Shown here piece after piece: positions 40,148 to 50,212 of a DNA stretch of 64,000 nucleotides. The translations under genes and the position numbers were made by a program. The stretch comes from Deinococcales bacterium (GTDB lineage Bacteria; Deinococcota; Deinococci; Deinococcales; JAAFIG01). Every line of letters begins with the position of its first letter. Positions within the stretch are counted from its first letter, which is position 1. Below the pieces are notes generated by a model that was given only the letters and a program-made list of their open reading frames with translations, searched no databases and was not told where the DNA came from. The stretch is from NCBI GenBank assembly GCA_031414595.1, contig JANNVX010000109.1, positions 22,791-86,790 on the forward strand, written 5' to 3'.

Positions 40148-40211
40148 GGACATCAGCCAAGTGGTGAGCGTGTTACAATCTTGCCTTGTGACCAATGGTC
40201 ACGGAGGTTTT

Positions 40212-41316
40212 ATGACAGAACTACAAGAAAAACTAGAAAACCTTCGGGGGTATCTTTGACATCGCTGGTAAAACAGCCCGTTTAGATGTTCTCGAAGTTA
40301 GCCTAAACGACCCAAACCTGTGGAACGACGCGAGTAACGCCCGCAATGTCACTAAAGAAAGCACAGCCTTGCGCCGTGTGGTAGATGATTTTATGCGCCT
40401 CGAGTCGGATGTGCTGGGTCTTGGCGAAATGCTCGAAGTGGCTTCCGAAGAAGAACGTGCCGAACTCGAGCCAGATTTACTCGAGGCAACCACTCGGGTG
40501 GATGCGCTCTATAAAGAAACACTTTTTAATGTCCATCACGCCGATTCTGCCGCGATTCTGGTGATTAAACCCGGTGCTGGTGGCACAGAAAGCCAAGACT
40601 GGGCAGAAATGCTGCTGCGAATGATTACGCGCTATGCCGAACGCCATGAATTTGCGGTTGAACTGATGGATGTTACGGCTGGCGACCAAGCGGGGATTAC
40701 GTATGCCGAATTGATTGTCCGAGGTGAACGGGCGTATGGGTTACTGCGCTCAGAGGCTGGGGTACATCGTTTGGTGCGTGTTTCACCATTTAATGCCCAA
40801 GGTAAACGTCAAACCAGTTTCTCAAGTATCGAAATCATGCCCGAAATCGAGGATGCCTCGGAAGTTGAAATTAACCAAGCCGATGTTCGGATAGATGTCT
40901 TTAGGGCTGGCGGACACGGCGGACAGGGAGTCAACACCACCGACAGTGCAGTGCGCTTAACCTATAAAGCTGGAACACCCGACATGATTGTGGTGATTTG
41001 CCAAGACGGACGCAGCCAACTCAAAAATAAAGACAAAGCCTTTACCGTCTTGCGCTCGAGACTCTATGAAATGGAAATGCGTAAAAAACGCGAAATCGAA
41101 GACAAAGCCCGTGGACAACAAAAGAGCATCGAATGGGGCAGTCAGATTCGCAGTTATGTGCTGGATAAGCAATATGTCAAAGACCACCGAACTGGTGTGA
41201 TGCAGCACAACCCCGCCAATGTGCTAGACGGCGACCTTGACGAATTTATTTGGGCTGGACTCGAGTGGATGGCTGGGCAACGCGCCACGGCTGCCTCGAG
41301 CAGTGATGAGGATTAA
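40212..41316 (+). CDS. prfB: Peptide chain release factor 2 (programmed +1 frameshift at 40254-40260)
   Basis: ATG at 40212; ...CGG GGG TAT CTT TGA C then continues in the +1 frame; SPF and GGQ motifs. Confidence 0.97.
40245..40260 (+). promoter_or_regulatory. RF2 autoregulatory frameshift cassette
   Basis: SD-like CGGGGG + TAT + CTT TGA C. Confidence 0.92.
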
Positions 41317-41317
41317 A

Positions 41318-41392
41318 AGCAGAGGAGGGAGGAAGGATAAAAGAGGAAAATTCGTTGTTTTATTCCTCCTTCCTCTTTTCTCTTTCCTCCCA
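41318..41392. repeat. Purine/pyrimidine heptamer-repeat hairpin after prfB
   Basis: GAGGAGG GAGGAAG GATAAAA GAGGAAA ... ATTCCTC CTTCCTC TTTTCTC TTTCCTC. Confidence 0.75.
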
Positions 41393-41400
41393 AAGCCCTT

Positions 41401-41739
41401 ATGAAACCCCATTTTTTTAGCACCCAAGCGCATATTCTGATTTGCACCAATGAACGCTGCCTTAAAGACGGCTCGGGATTGCTGTTCCAAGCGGTTTGGA
41501 AAGGTCTCGAGACCGAAAAATTAGCCTATTACAAAACTGGTGGAAATCTGCGCTTAACCGAATCTGGTTGTCTTGGGGCGTGTCAGTTTGGTCCAACTGT
41601 GGCGTGTTACTTTAAGACCAAGACTGGTTTTCAGCAAGCATGGTATCAGCGCATGACCTACCCAAGCACAATGCAGTTAGCCAAAGCGCTTCATGCCGGT
41701 CTCGAGTTGCCATCTGAAGGTCGTTTTGACACCGATTAA
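41401..41739 (+). CDS. Thioredoxin-like [2Fe-2S] ferredoxin
   Basis: HILICTNERC, SGCLGACQFGP, WY. Confidence 0.85.
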   Translation: MKPHFFSTQAHILICTNERCLKDGSGLLFQAVWKGLETEKLAYYKTGGNLRLTESGCLGACQFGPTVACYFKTKTGFQQAWYQRMTYPSTMQLAKALHAGLELPSEGRFDTD

Positions 41740-42218
41740 GGTGTCACCAAATCCGCAAACATATCTTCAGGCAAAGGATGCCCGAGGACTCGAGCCAATG
41801 CCAATAACTGCCCTTTGTGGTGAAATTCATGGGTGATTGGGTGCAAAATCAGCCAATGCTGCGAAACCATCATGGAATTGCCTTCTGGTAGGGTTAATTC
41901 TAGTGGTGCGTCCAAGTTCCGAAACGCTTCAAGGGCTTGAAGCACCAAAGTATCTATCCCCACAAAAGCGGTTCGCATGGCGGGCGCATTCGGTAAAAGC
42001 TCGAAGTTTTTGGGTGGTGACTCGAGTTTTAACCCCATGCTCCCAACCCAAAATAAGTAGCACCCAGCCACATGCGCTTGGATATTACGAATACTGCCGT
42101 AAGCAAAGTCTGGGTGTTCTTGGAGGTACACCTCATTTGGTAGTGTCTCGAGGTAATCAAATAGTTCATCTCGAGAGCGTTTAACCCAGTTGTACATCAG
42201 TGGTAGAGAATTATCCAT
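41736..42218 (-). CDS. DinB family protein
   Basis: GSIRNIQAHVA, HPITHEFHHKGQ. Confidence 0.88.
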   Translation of the reverse strand: MDNSLPLMYNWVKRSRDELFDYLETLPNEVYLQEHPDFAYGSIRNIQAHVAGCYLFWVGSMGLKLESPPKNFELLPNAPAMRTAFVGIDTLVLQALEAFRNLDAPLELTLPEGNSMMVSQHWLILHPITHEFHHKGQLLALARVLGHPLPEDMFADLVTP

Positions 42219-42315
42219 GACTCGAGTCTGCTTGAAATTAGCGGCTTTGTCAATCTTGGAACAGAGGGTTTTGTTGGCGCATTGATAACTCGACTTCATC
42301 GGCTATAATCAACAC

Positions 42316-42726
42316 ATGGCTCGAGACAAATATCATAACGTGGTTAGGCTTGCACTCGAGAAAGCAGGCTGGACAATCACTGACGACCCATTTGTCCTAA
42401 AAGTTGGTGCGACCGATTTGCAAATTGACATTGGTGCAGAAAAAGTCATTGCTGCTGAATTGGGGCAGCAGAAAATCGCAGTAGAAATCAAGGTTTTTGG
42501 GCAACCTTCTTTAGTACAAGCCTTTCATACTGCGATTGGACAATACCTCAATTATCGGGTAAATCTCGAGGAATACCACCCAGAGCGAGAACTGTATTTA
42601 GCCGTTCCACAAAACGTCTTCGAGACATTTTTCAAGACCGAATTGGCACAGCGCTCGGTTAAGCGGCTACAAATTAAACTGCTGGTTTTTGAACCAGAAA
42701 CAGAGGTGATTGTATGGCAATCCTAA
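42316..42726 (+). CDS. xisH: XisH family protein
   Basis: MARDKYH..V..ALEKAGWTITDDP, IDIGAEK, IAVEIK, GQYLNYR. Confidence 0.92.
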   Translation: MARDKYHNVVRLALEKAGWTITDDPFVLKVGATDLQIDIGAEKVIAAELGQQKIAVEIKVFGQPSLVQAFHTAIGQYLNYRVNLEEYHPERELYLAVPQNVFETFFKTELAQRSVKRLQIKLLVFEPETEVIVWQS

Positions 42727-43073
42727 AAAGCCCGATTCCGCTTTCACAACTTTCGCCAGCCCAAAAAGCCATTTGGGACATTTTTGAACCCATACAAACA
42801 TGGCAGACCAGAGGCATCGAATACGAATTTATTTTCGATACCGAAAATAACCAATACCAACTGCTGATGAACGGCTGGCAAAACGGCAAACGCATACATC
42901 ATGTGATGGTACATTTTGCAATACGTGGCGAAATGGTCTGGATTGAAGAAAACAACACCGAAATGGAATTTTTAGAAACTTTTTTTGAACATGGAATTGG
43001 CAAAGACCGCATTGTGTTAGGCTTTTACCCGCCAAACCACCGTACACTCGAGGGGTTTGCTTCTGGGCTGTGA
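42714..43073 (+). CDS. xisI: XisI family protein
   Basis: IFDTENNQYQLLMNGW..RIH, WIEENNTE, GIGKDRIVLGF; overlaps xisH. Confidence 0.92.
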   Translation: MAILKSPIPLSQLSPAQKAIWDIFEPIQTWQTRGIEYEFIFDTENNQYQLLMNGWQNGKRIHHVMVHFAIRGEMVWIEENNTEMEFLETFFEHGIGKDRIVLGFYPPNHRTLEGFASGL

Positions 43074-43105
43074 TTTAGAGTGGCTCGAGAATTAGGGTTT
43101 AGCAT

Positions 43106-43831
43106 CTAACCGTCGAGCGATGTATGCAAATACCAGTAGCCTTGCAAGGGAAAGAATTTGTAGGTGGGGTTGTAAAAAAGATGTTTCGCTTTTGAGAAAT
43201 CATATTCGGTATAGACAAAAACTTTCCAGTAATGATTGCCAAAACTTCCGACTCGAAAACGCCAAAACCAATATTCAAATTTATCTCCAAATTTCTTACG
43301 TTCAATTCGACGTTCACCGAATTGTTTTGGTAAAAAACTCACTAACTTATTCCACTCAGATAACTGTTCGTTTGTGAAGCCTCGGGTGATTTCTCGTTCA
43401 TCTTGGGAGTAATTAGAATTATTTTTACTGGTGGACTCTGTGAGCTTACCTAAGTCGACCAATTGTTGAAAATTCTTTTGGTGGGTCGAAAATTCTGCCA
43501 ACAATCTATTGTGTCGTGGAACAGCACAACCGCATTCTGTTCGACCTCGTTGATATGTAAGCAAAAAAGCAGGAATTGAAACCAAAAAAACAGCAAGAAA
43601 CGCAAAACTGAAAGGTTTAGCGTAAAAACCAGCAGTGAAAAAATCAGGAACAAGGTTTCTCGAGACAATCCAAAGAGGAATAATCAATGCAGTTCCAAGA
43701 GAAAATAAGATTACTAAAACTTCAAACCTCTGAAGAACAGCGCAAAGAAAAAAGTATGTCAGCACATTAACCCCAAACCAAACAGCCAATCTTTTGGGGA
43801 TGGAAACATTAGAACGAAAATTCTTCAACAT
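43106..43831 (-). CDS. Hypothetical membrane protein, AT-rich
   Basis: 241-aa ORF with three N-terminal TM segments; no family recognised. Confidence 0.65.
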   Translation of the reverse strand: MLKNFRSNVSIPKRLAVWFGVNVLTYFFLCAVLQRFEVLVILFSLGTALIIPLWIVSRNLVPDFFTAGFYAKPFSFAFLAVFLVSIPAFLLTYQRGRTECGCAVPRHNRLLAEFSTHQKNFQQLVDLGKLTESTSKNNSNYSQDEREITRGFTNEQLSEWNKLVSFLPKQFGERRIERKKFGDKFEYWFWRFRVGSFGNHYWKVFVYTEYDFSKAKHLFYNPTYKFFPLQGYWYLHTSLDG

Positions 43832-44023
43832 AAAAATACTTACGACTTAACAAGCAATTTGGTTTCGTGGATTGTACGAAACCAAGCAACAAGATTCAAA
43901 ATTCGGCTCGAGCCAATCGCGGATTGCAAAATCGAAGCGCTTCTAGCGGCTGGCGCAAACACCAAAGACATTGCCTATGCCCTCGAGAAGTTGTGAGCAA
44001 ACTCTCGAGGTGCTAATTGTATC

Positions 44024-45787
44024 TTAGGCAGCAACCAACTTCTTACGCTCACCAATTTGTTGTCGCCACATCGCGTAGTACAAACCCTTCTCGAGCAGCA
44101 GGGCTTCGTGTGAACCCGTTTCAACAATTTCGCCACGCTCGAGAACATAGATTCGGTCAGCGTGCATGATCGTGCTTAAACGGTGGGCAATCAAAACCGT
44201 GATTTGCTGCCCTGAACTCGAGATGTCGCGGATGGTATTGGTGATGTCCTCTTCGGTTAAAGAATCAAGCGCCGATGTTGCTTCATCAAAAATTAGAATG
44301 CTTGGCTGGCGCAGTAACGCCCTTGCGATAGAAATTCGTTGTTTTTCGCCACCCGATAATTTTAAGCCACCTTCGCCAATGGTCGTGTCCATACCCTTTT
44401 CGGCTTTGGCTAAAAGCCCATTGCAAGAAGCTCGAGACAGGGTTTCTCGCAACAATTCATCCGAGGCGTTCGGGGCAACAAAGAGCAAGTTTTCTTTAAT
44501 TGTGCCAGAAAACAATTGCGTGTCTTGGGTCACAAAACCAATCTGAGCGCGAAGTTCTTCAAAATTAATATCTTCTTCGGGCAAACCATTGTAAAAAATA
44601 CTGCCCGAATGTGGACGGTACAAGCCGACAAGCAATTTCATCAGGGTGCTTTTACCTGAGCCGCTCGGACCAACAAAAGCAATGGTTTCGCCTCGAGCCA
44701 CCTTAAAATCAATCTCTTCGATGGCGTTATGGTTGGCGCTTTGGTGCTTAAAACTGACTTTAGAAAACTGTAAATCTTGGACTCCACCGATGGCTTTCGG
44801 CTCGAGCGGCTGGGCTTCTGGGGCTTTGTTCATCAATTTCTCGAAATTATTTAAGGAGGCTTCGGCTTCACGGTAGGAAAGCAGCACATTACCAATTTCT
44901 TGCATCGGACCAAAGACAAAAAAAGCAAAGAACTGCATCGTGATAAGTTGTTCTGCCGAAATCGTCTTACCAAAAATCAGGAACATTAAAATAAATAAAA
45001 TCACTTGGCGCAAGGAATTAACCACTGTGCCTTGGACAAAACCAATGCCACGAACATTTTTAACTTTCTCGAGTTCAAGCCCAAGAATCTTTTGGGTGTT
45101 TTTATTTAAGCGGGTAATTTCTTGCCCCGTCAAACCAAGGCTTTTGACCAGTTCGATGTTGCGTAAACTCTCGGTGGTTGACCCTGCTAATGCTGTGGTT
45201 TTAGCGACAATTGTTTTTTGAATAATTTTTAGCCGTTGGCTGAGTGCATTGGTGGCAAAGACCATCAAGGCAGCCCCAAGCGCGTAAGCAATCGGCAAGC
45301 TCCAATGCACAAAAAGTGCAGCGTAGACAAACACAAAGACCACCGCGATAATCACACCAAAAAGCACGTTAATCGCATAATTTAAGAACTTTTCAACATC
45401 CGAGCGAACTTTGGTCAGGATAGACAGGGTTTCGCCACTGCGTTGGTCTTCAAAATCTTGGTACGGGAGTTTCATGGCGTGCTGCAAACCATCCGAGAAA
45501 ACCTGAGCGCCAAATTTCTGAACAATTACATTCAAATAATAATCTTGGAAATTCTTGGCAATGCGGCTGACCATCGCCACACCGACACTTGCCCCCAATA
45601 AAGTCAGCACGGTAGGCAGAAAGGCAGCCCAATCAAGTGGTTTGGTCTCTTGGCTAAAGGCAAGTTTAACCAGTTGCCCAGTGATAATCGGGTCGAGCAA
45701 AGAAAAACCAGTATTGGTCGCCGCCAGTAAAAGTGTGATAATCACTAGGTTACGATGCGGTTTTAAGTAAGTTAGCAGTATTTTCAC
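44024..45787 (-). CDS. ABC exporter, fused permease/ATP-binding protein
   Basis: TMD plus GPSGSGKS, LSGGEKQR, IFDEATSALD, IAHRLST; GTG at 45787. Confidence 0.93.
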   Translation of the reverse strand: MKILLTYLKPHRNLVIITLLLAATNTGFSLLDPIITGQLVKLAFSQETKPLDWAAFLPTVLTLLGASVGVAMVSRIAKNFQDYYLNVIVQKFGAQVFSDGLQHAMKLPYQDFEDQRSGETLSILTKVRSDVEKFLNYAINVLFGVIIAVVFVFVYAALFVHWSLPIAYALGAALMVFATNALSQRLKIIQKTIVAKTTALAGSTTESLRNIELVKSLGLTGQEITRLNKNTQKILGLELEKVKNVRGIGFVQGTVVNSLRQVILFILMFLIFGKTISAEQLITMQFFAFFVFGPMQEIGNVLLSYREAEASLNNFEKLMNKAPEAQPLEPKAIGGVQDLQFSKVSFKHQSANHNAIEEIDFKVARGETIAFVGPSGSGKSTLMKLLVGLYRPHSGSIFYNGLPEEDINFEELRAQIGFVTQDTQLFSGTIKENLLFVAPNASDELLRETLSRASCNGLLAKAEKGMDTTIGEGGLKLSGGEKQRISIARALLRQPSILIFDEATSALDSLTEEDITNTIRDISSSGQQITVLIAHRLSTIMHADRIYVLERGEIVETGSHEALLLEKGLYYAMWRQQIGERKKLVAA

Positions 45788-45946
45788 AAATTTTCCTTTG
45801 CTTTGCGCTCGAGAATACGAATGGATTGTCACTCGAGAATCAAAGTAGCCAAGCGACGAAGAATCATACGCCCTGTACAAAAAACACTTGGCATTTTAGA
45901 CAACGCAAAAAAAAGGGAAATAACCCCTCCTTACAAACCTAGAAAT

Positions 45947-46465
45947 TTACTTCTTTCCGCGCTCGACAGCCTCTAAAATACACTTCATGGCATCTTCTTT
46001 GGAACGCCAACCTTCTGAGGTCACGGTTTTACCTTCTAAGGTCTTGTACTCGAGAAAAAAATGTTCGATTTCGGCTAGACGGTGCGAACGTACATCGGTC
46101 AGGGTTTGCAGGTCATCCCAACGCGGGTCGTCGGCTGGCACAGCCAGAACCTTCTCGTCGCGCCCTTTGTCATCAGACATCTCGAGCATTCCAAGCACAC
46201 GGCACTCCACAAGCACACCGGGCAAAAATGGATGGGTGGAGAGAATTAAGGCATCCAAAGGGTCGCCGTCGCCGCCCAAGGTACTAGGGATAAAACCATA
46301 ATCACCGGGATACTGCATGGCAGCGTACAAAACCCGATCAAGTTTAATCACCCCGAGTTCTTTGTCGTACTCGTACTTATTGGCACTGCCCCTTGGCACT
46401 TCAATCACGACATTGATCACTTCGGGAAGGTTTGGACCGGCTGGAAGATGATAAAGATTGCTCAC
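45947..46465 (-). CDS. ppa: Inorganic pyrophosphatase (family I)
   Basis: NKYEYDK, YPGDYGFIP, DGDPLD, FFLEYK. Confidence 0.96.
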   Translation of the reverse strand: MSNLYHLPAGPNLPEVINVVIEVPRGSANKYEYDKELGVIKLDRVLYAAMQYPGDYGFIPSTLGGDGDPLDALILSTHPFLPGVLVECRVLGMLEMSDDKGRDEKVLAVPADDPRWDDLQTLTDVRSHRLAEIEHFFLEYKTLEGKTVTSEGWRSKEDAMKCILEAVERGKK

Positions 46466-46506
46466 GGCAAAAAATGTATCACGCTACTTTTGAATCAGAT
46501 GAGATT

Positions 46507-47409
46507 TTAAGATGGAAATAGTTCCTCGAGACCAATTCGGTAAGTTAAGCGCACTCCCCAATTGAAATTATTGAAGCTGTTCAGTCCAGCAAAGCCAGTC
46601 AAAAAGACTGTGCCAAAGCCCGGGGCAACCCGAAACTCGAGCGAACCGCGAAGTGGCAGTACATCCGAGCGCCAAGGTTGGTAATACAGACTTAAACCAA
46701 GTCCGAGTTCGTCCGCCAATTCCCATGACACTCCAAAATTGGTTTCAAAAGTAAAATTTGAAGCCAATAAACCAATCCCAGCCGCAAATGAAAGACGTAG
46801 CCCAGCCTCCTCAAATTCGGTACTCAAGCCAGACTGCACCAAATAGACAGTATTGCCCAATTGCGAACCCGTAAAAACGCCAGCAAAAAGTTCCAAGCCT
46901 TGACTGCGATACCGCAGTTGCAGCGAATTACTCGAGGTATCCGAACCGAACCGAAAATTCCCAAACAACGATAAACTTCTCGAGATACGCAAACCTAAAC
47001 CAAAATCTATGCGTGAACCACTGGTCGAGTTTGGCAATGGGTCGGCGGCAAAAATTTCAAAAGCATCAAAATTGGCGGGCGCAGCATTCCAGAATGCCCC
47101 GCTTAAATTGAGGGTTGCCGAACCCAAGGTGGCTCGAGTCGCCAATAAAACCCGAAAACGCCCGACATATGCCCATTCAAGACTGAGTAAGGCTTGGGCT
47201 GTGCCAATTGGGGCAATGTCCAAGACCGCACTGCTCGAGACTTTTAGGCGCTCGGTAGATACCGCAAAACCAAAAGAAAGTGCCTCGGAAATTGCCACAT
47301 CAGACAAGGCAATCTGGGCTGAGAACGGATAGTTAGCAGCAATCTCGAGGGTTTGGGCTTTGGCAATTGGCAGGAGCGCCAGCAACGCCACCATTAAAAA
47401 TCGTTTCAT
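46507..47409 (-). CDS. Secreted beta-strand-rich protein, probable outer-membrane beta-barrel
   Basis: Signal peptide MKRFLMVALLALLPIAKA; alternating hydrophobic pattern; WGVRLTYRI near the C-terminus. Confidence 0.6.
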   Translation of the reverse strand: MKRFLMVALLALLPIAKAQTLEIAANYPFSAQIALSDVAISEALSFGFAVSTERLKVSSSAVLDIAPIGTAQALLSLEWAYVGRFRVLLATRATLGSATLNLSGAFWNAAPANFDAFEIFAADPLPNSTSGSRIDFGLGLRISRSLSLFGNFRFGSDTSSNSLQLRYRSQGLELFAGVFTGSQLGNTVYLVQSGLSTEFEEAGLRLSFAAGIGLLASNFTFETNFGVSWELADELGLGLSLYYQPWRSDVLPLRGSLEFRVAPGFGTVFLTGFAGLNSFNNFNWGVRLTYRIGLEELFPS

Positions 47410-47467
47410 TGTTCTAAGTGTAGCCTGTCACCAAGCACCGTGCGTGAGGCAAACGCCATAATAAAGT

Positions 47468-48253
47468 ATGGAGCTTAAACAAGATTTCACGACTCGAGAC
47501 GAACTCACCGCTTATCTTGGAATTGCCTTAGAAGGTTTGTACACAGGAGAACCTCGAGCGCCCGAATTGCACGGTGGGCGCAAAGCAGCTTTGGCACAAC
47601 TCGAGGGATTTACCGCCAAGAATTATGGACGACGCAACCACACCAACGCGCCCGTCTCAAAATTATCGGCGTATCTGCGTCATGGGGTGCTGAGTATCAC
47701 CGAGGTTGCCGCCTATATCCGAACCCATGTTCAGGGGCGCGAAGGCGAAGAGTTTCTAAAACAACTGACTTGGCGCGAATTTTTTAACTTGGTTCTCGAG
47801 CAGGAAGGCACAGCCGTTTTTGAGAATTTAGAAGAACCCAAATATGCTGTGCGTTGGAATCAAACCTTACCAGACGATATAGAAGGGGGTTTTACAGGCT
47901 TACCTTGTGTGGATGCTTGGGTGGATTCGCTGACCCTCACAGGATACTTACACAATCATGAACGCCTGTGGTTTGCCGCCTACACAGTACATTTTAGAAA
48001 AATTGATTGGAAAGCTGGGTATGATTTTTTCAGGGAGCATTTACTCGATGGTGATATTGCCAGCAATGCCCTTTCTTGGCAGTGGGTTGCCAGTACCTTT
48101 TCGCATAAGCCGTACTTTATGAATAAAGAAAACATTGCCAAATTCTCGAGTAACCAGTGGTGCGGCACTTGCAAAGCCGTTTGTCCGTTCAACAAGTCCT
48201 ATGCAGTTCTCGAGCAACAACTTTTTGGTGGACAATTTGGTTGGTCATCATGA
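47468..48253 (+). CDS. Photolyase FAD-binding catalytic domain (stand-alone)
   Basis: GGRKAAL, YGRRN, SKLSAYLRHG, QLTWREFF, TGYLHNHERLWFA, LLDGDIASNALSWQWVAS. Confidence 0.88.
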   Translation: MELKQDFTTRDELTAYLGIALEGLYTGEPRAPELHGGRKAALAQLEGFTAKNYGRRNHTNAPVSKLSAYLRHGVLSITEVAAYIRTHVQGREGEEFLKQLTWREFFNLVLEQEGTAVFENLEEPKYAVRWNQTLPDDIEGGFTGLPCVDAWVDSLTLTGYLHNHERLWFAAYTVHFRKIDWKAGYDFFREHLLDGDIASNALSWQWVASTFSHKPYFMNKENIAKFSSNQWCGTCKAVCPFNKSYAVLEQQLFGGQFGWSS

Positions 48254-48675
48254 AATTGGTTTGGTTACACGGTGGCAGCCTTGCCTCTACCGACCCAGCC
48301 CTCGCCGCCAACCCCGAAGCCCCAGCGATATTTGTGTTTGACAAGCCTTTTCTCGAGTCCACAAAAATTGCTTTCCCAAGGTTACAGTTTATTTTTGAAA
48401 GCGCACACGAGGCATTGACAACCCGAGCCAACAATAAAATTTGTGTTGGCATTCAAGCCGAAGAAATTATTGCTTTTGCTCGAGCGCATAATTGCACCGA
48501 AATCCACACCACCGAAATTCCCAGTCCAGAACTGAATTCTACCTTGGATGCCCTCGAGCAAGCGGGTCTAAGGGTGGTTGTCTACTCGCCCGAGTACATA
48601 ACCAGTTTTACTGGAAAAGTCAAGCGCTTTAGTGCTTTTTGGCGCAGTGTCGAAAAAGAGGTGCTGCATGGATAA
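48250..48675 (+). CDS. Truncated photolyase antenna-like (alpha/beta) domain protein
   Basis: [38 protein letters not shown] overlap with the upstream gene. Confidence 0.78.
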   Translation: MKLVWLHGGSLASTDPALAANPEAPAIFVFDKPFLESTKIAFPRLQFIFESAHEALTTRANNKICVGIQAEEIIAFARAHNCTEIHTTEIPSPELNSTLDALEQAGLRVVVYSPEYITSFTGKVKRFSAFWRSVEKEVLHG

Positions 48676-48823
48676 AACATTTGGCAATGGAAAAAAACCA
48701 TCTGAGCGCCCCAGTAAAATTTGTCCAGTCTGCAACAAGCCCTTTGCATGGCGCAAAGCATGGAAAAACAATTGGGACAACGTGATTTACTGCTCGGAAA
48801 AATGCCGCAGGTCTCGAGGATGA
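48668..48823 (+). CDS. DUF2256 family small Cys-rich protein
   Basis: [30 protein letters not shown]. Confidence 0.9.
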   Translation: MDKTFGNGKKPSERPSKICPVCNKPFAWRKAWKNNWDNVIYCSEKCRRSRG

Positions 48824-48870
48824 ATTATTTTAACCACACCACATTCACAGCTTAGGCGTAGAATAGAGGT

Positions 48871-49512
48871 GTGAATGCCAACATTTTATGGGTTGCAGTC
48901 GTGGCTTACCTTTTCGGTGCGATTCCTTTTGGGGTTCTGGTTGCCCGTACTTACCGCGTGGATATTCAAAAAGTCGGTAGTGGTAACATTGGAACAGCCA
49001 ATGTTTTGCGCTCGGTCGGTTGGGGCGCAGCCGCCGTAACTGCCTTAGCCGATATTTTTAAGGGCGGTTTTCCGATGCTGATTGCCCAAGCCCTTGGGAT
49101 GCCCGGTTGGGAACTCGCAGTGGTCGGGTTCTTTGCGATTATCGGGCATAACTACAGTGTTTTTCTGGGGTTTAAGGGTGGTAAAGGCGTGGCTACCAGT
49201 TACGGCACGGTAACACTGATTGACCCGCTTTTGGGTTTAGCCATCCTGCCAATGTTTGTTGCCACGGTCGCCATTACGCGCTACTCGAGCGCCGCCAGTA
49301 TCCTAGCTTCGTTTAGTGGGATTATTTTTGCCATCACGATGCAGCGTGAATGGTGGAAAATCGTAATGTTGATTCTTATTTTTATGCTGATTCTTTGGCA
49401 GCACCGCGATAACCTGACACGCCTTGCAACTGGTACAGAACGCCAATTTAATCAAAAAAGCAGCAGTTTAAGCGATACCGCTAAAATAACGACTGAGGAA
49501 ACTAAAGCATGA
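48871..49512 (+). CDS. plsY: Glycerol-3-phosphate acyltransferase PlsY
   Basis: GSGNIGTANVLR, DIFKG, GHNYSVFLGFKGGKGVAT, HRDNL.RL. Confidence 0.96.
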   Translation: MNANILWVAVVAYLFGAIPFGVLVARTYRVDIQKVGSGNIGTANVLRSVGWGAAAVTALADIFKGGFPMLIAQALGMPGWELAVVGFFAIIGHNYSVFLGFKGGKGVATSYGTVTLIDPLLGLAILPMFVATVAITRYSSAASILASFSGIIFAITMQREWWKIVMLILIFMLILWQHRDNLTRLATGTERQFNQKSSSLSDTAKITTEETKA

Positions 49513-50207
49513 ATTTGCTACACGGACACCTCGAGCCAGTAGATATTTTAGCCATTGCCCCACACCCCGACGATGCCGAAATTGGTTGTGGTGGAACACT
49601 CCTAAAAGCTGTTCAGGCAGGTAAACGCACGGGCATTTGTGAACTAACCCGAGGCGAAATGGGAACGCTTGGGACACCAGAAGTTCGGGATACCGAAGCA
49701 CTCGAGGCAGCAAAAATACTTGGGCTGTCTTTCCGTGGGAATCTAGGACTGCCTGATAGTGGCTTACAAGACACACTCGAGTACCGCTTAAAATTAGGGC
49801 AAGTAATTCGAGATTTACAACCACAAACACTGCTTGTACCGCATCAAACCGACCGACACCCAGACCATGTTGGCGCAACCTTGTTATCGGCTTCGGCGGT
49901 GCATCTGGCGGGTTTACAAAAAGCCAGCCTTGAAGGAAAACCACACAAGGTTAAAAAAATCTTGTATTACCAAGGAAACGCCCCAATTAACGCCAATGTC
50001 CTCGTGGATGTCTCGAGTGTCATAGATGCGTGGGAAAAAGCAATTATGGCGCACCAAAGTCAATTTTCAGGTCTTGCCGTTTCCGAAACAGTCAGCCCTG
50101 AAATTCTCGAGCGACGCAAAGCAAGGCTGATGTATTGGGGAACTTTTATTGGTGTGCGCTATGCCGAAGCCTTTGAATCGCTGATGCCACAAGTTTGGCA
50201 ACCTTAA
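49509..50207 (+). CDS. bshB1: Bacillithiol biosynthesis deacetylase (PIG-L family)
   Basis: APHPDDAE, LTRGEMGTLGT, DRHPDH, HQSQF, YAEAF. Confidence 0.88.
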   Translation: MNLLHGHLEPVDILAIAPHPDDAEIGCGGTLLKAVQAGKRTGICELTRGEMGTLGTPEVRDTEALEAAKILGLSFRGNLGLPDSGLQDTLEYRLKLGQVIRDLQPQTLLVPHQTDRHPDHVGATLLSASAVHLAGLQKASLEGKPHKVKKILYYQGNAPINANVLVDVSSVIDAWEKAIMAHQSQFSGLAVSETVSPEILERRKARLMYWGTFIGVRYAEAFESLMPQVWQP

Positions 50208-50212
50208 AACAA

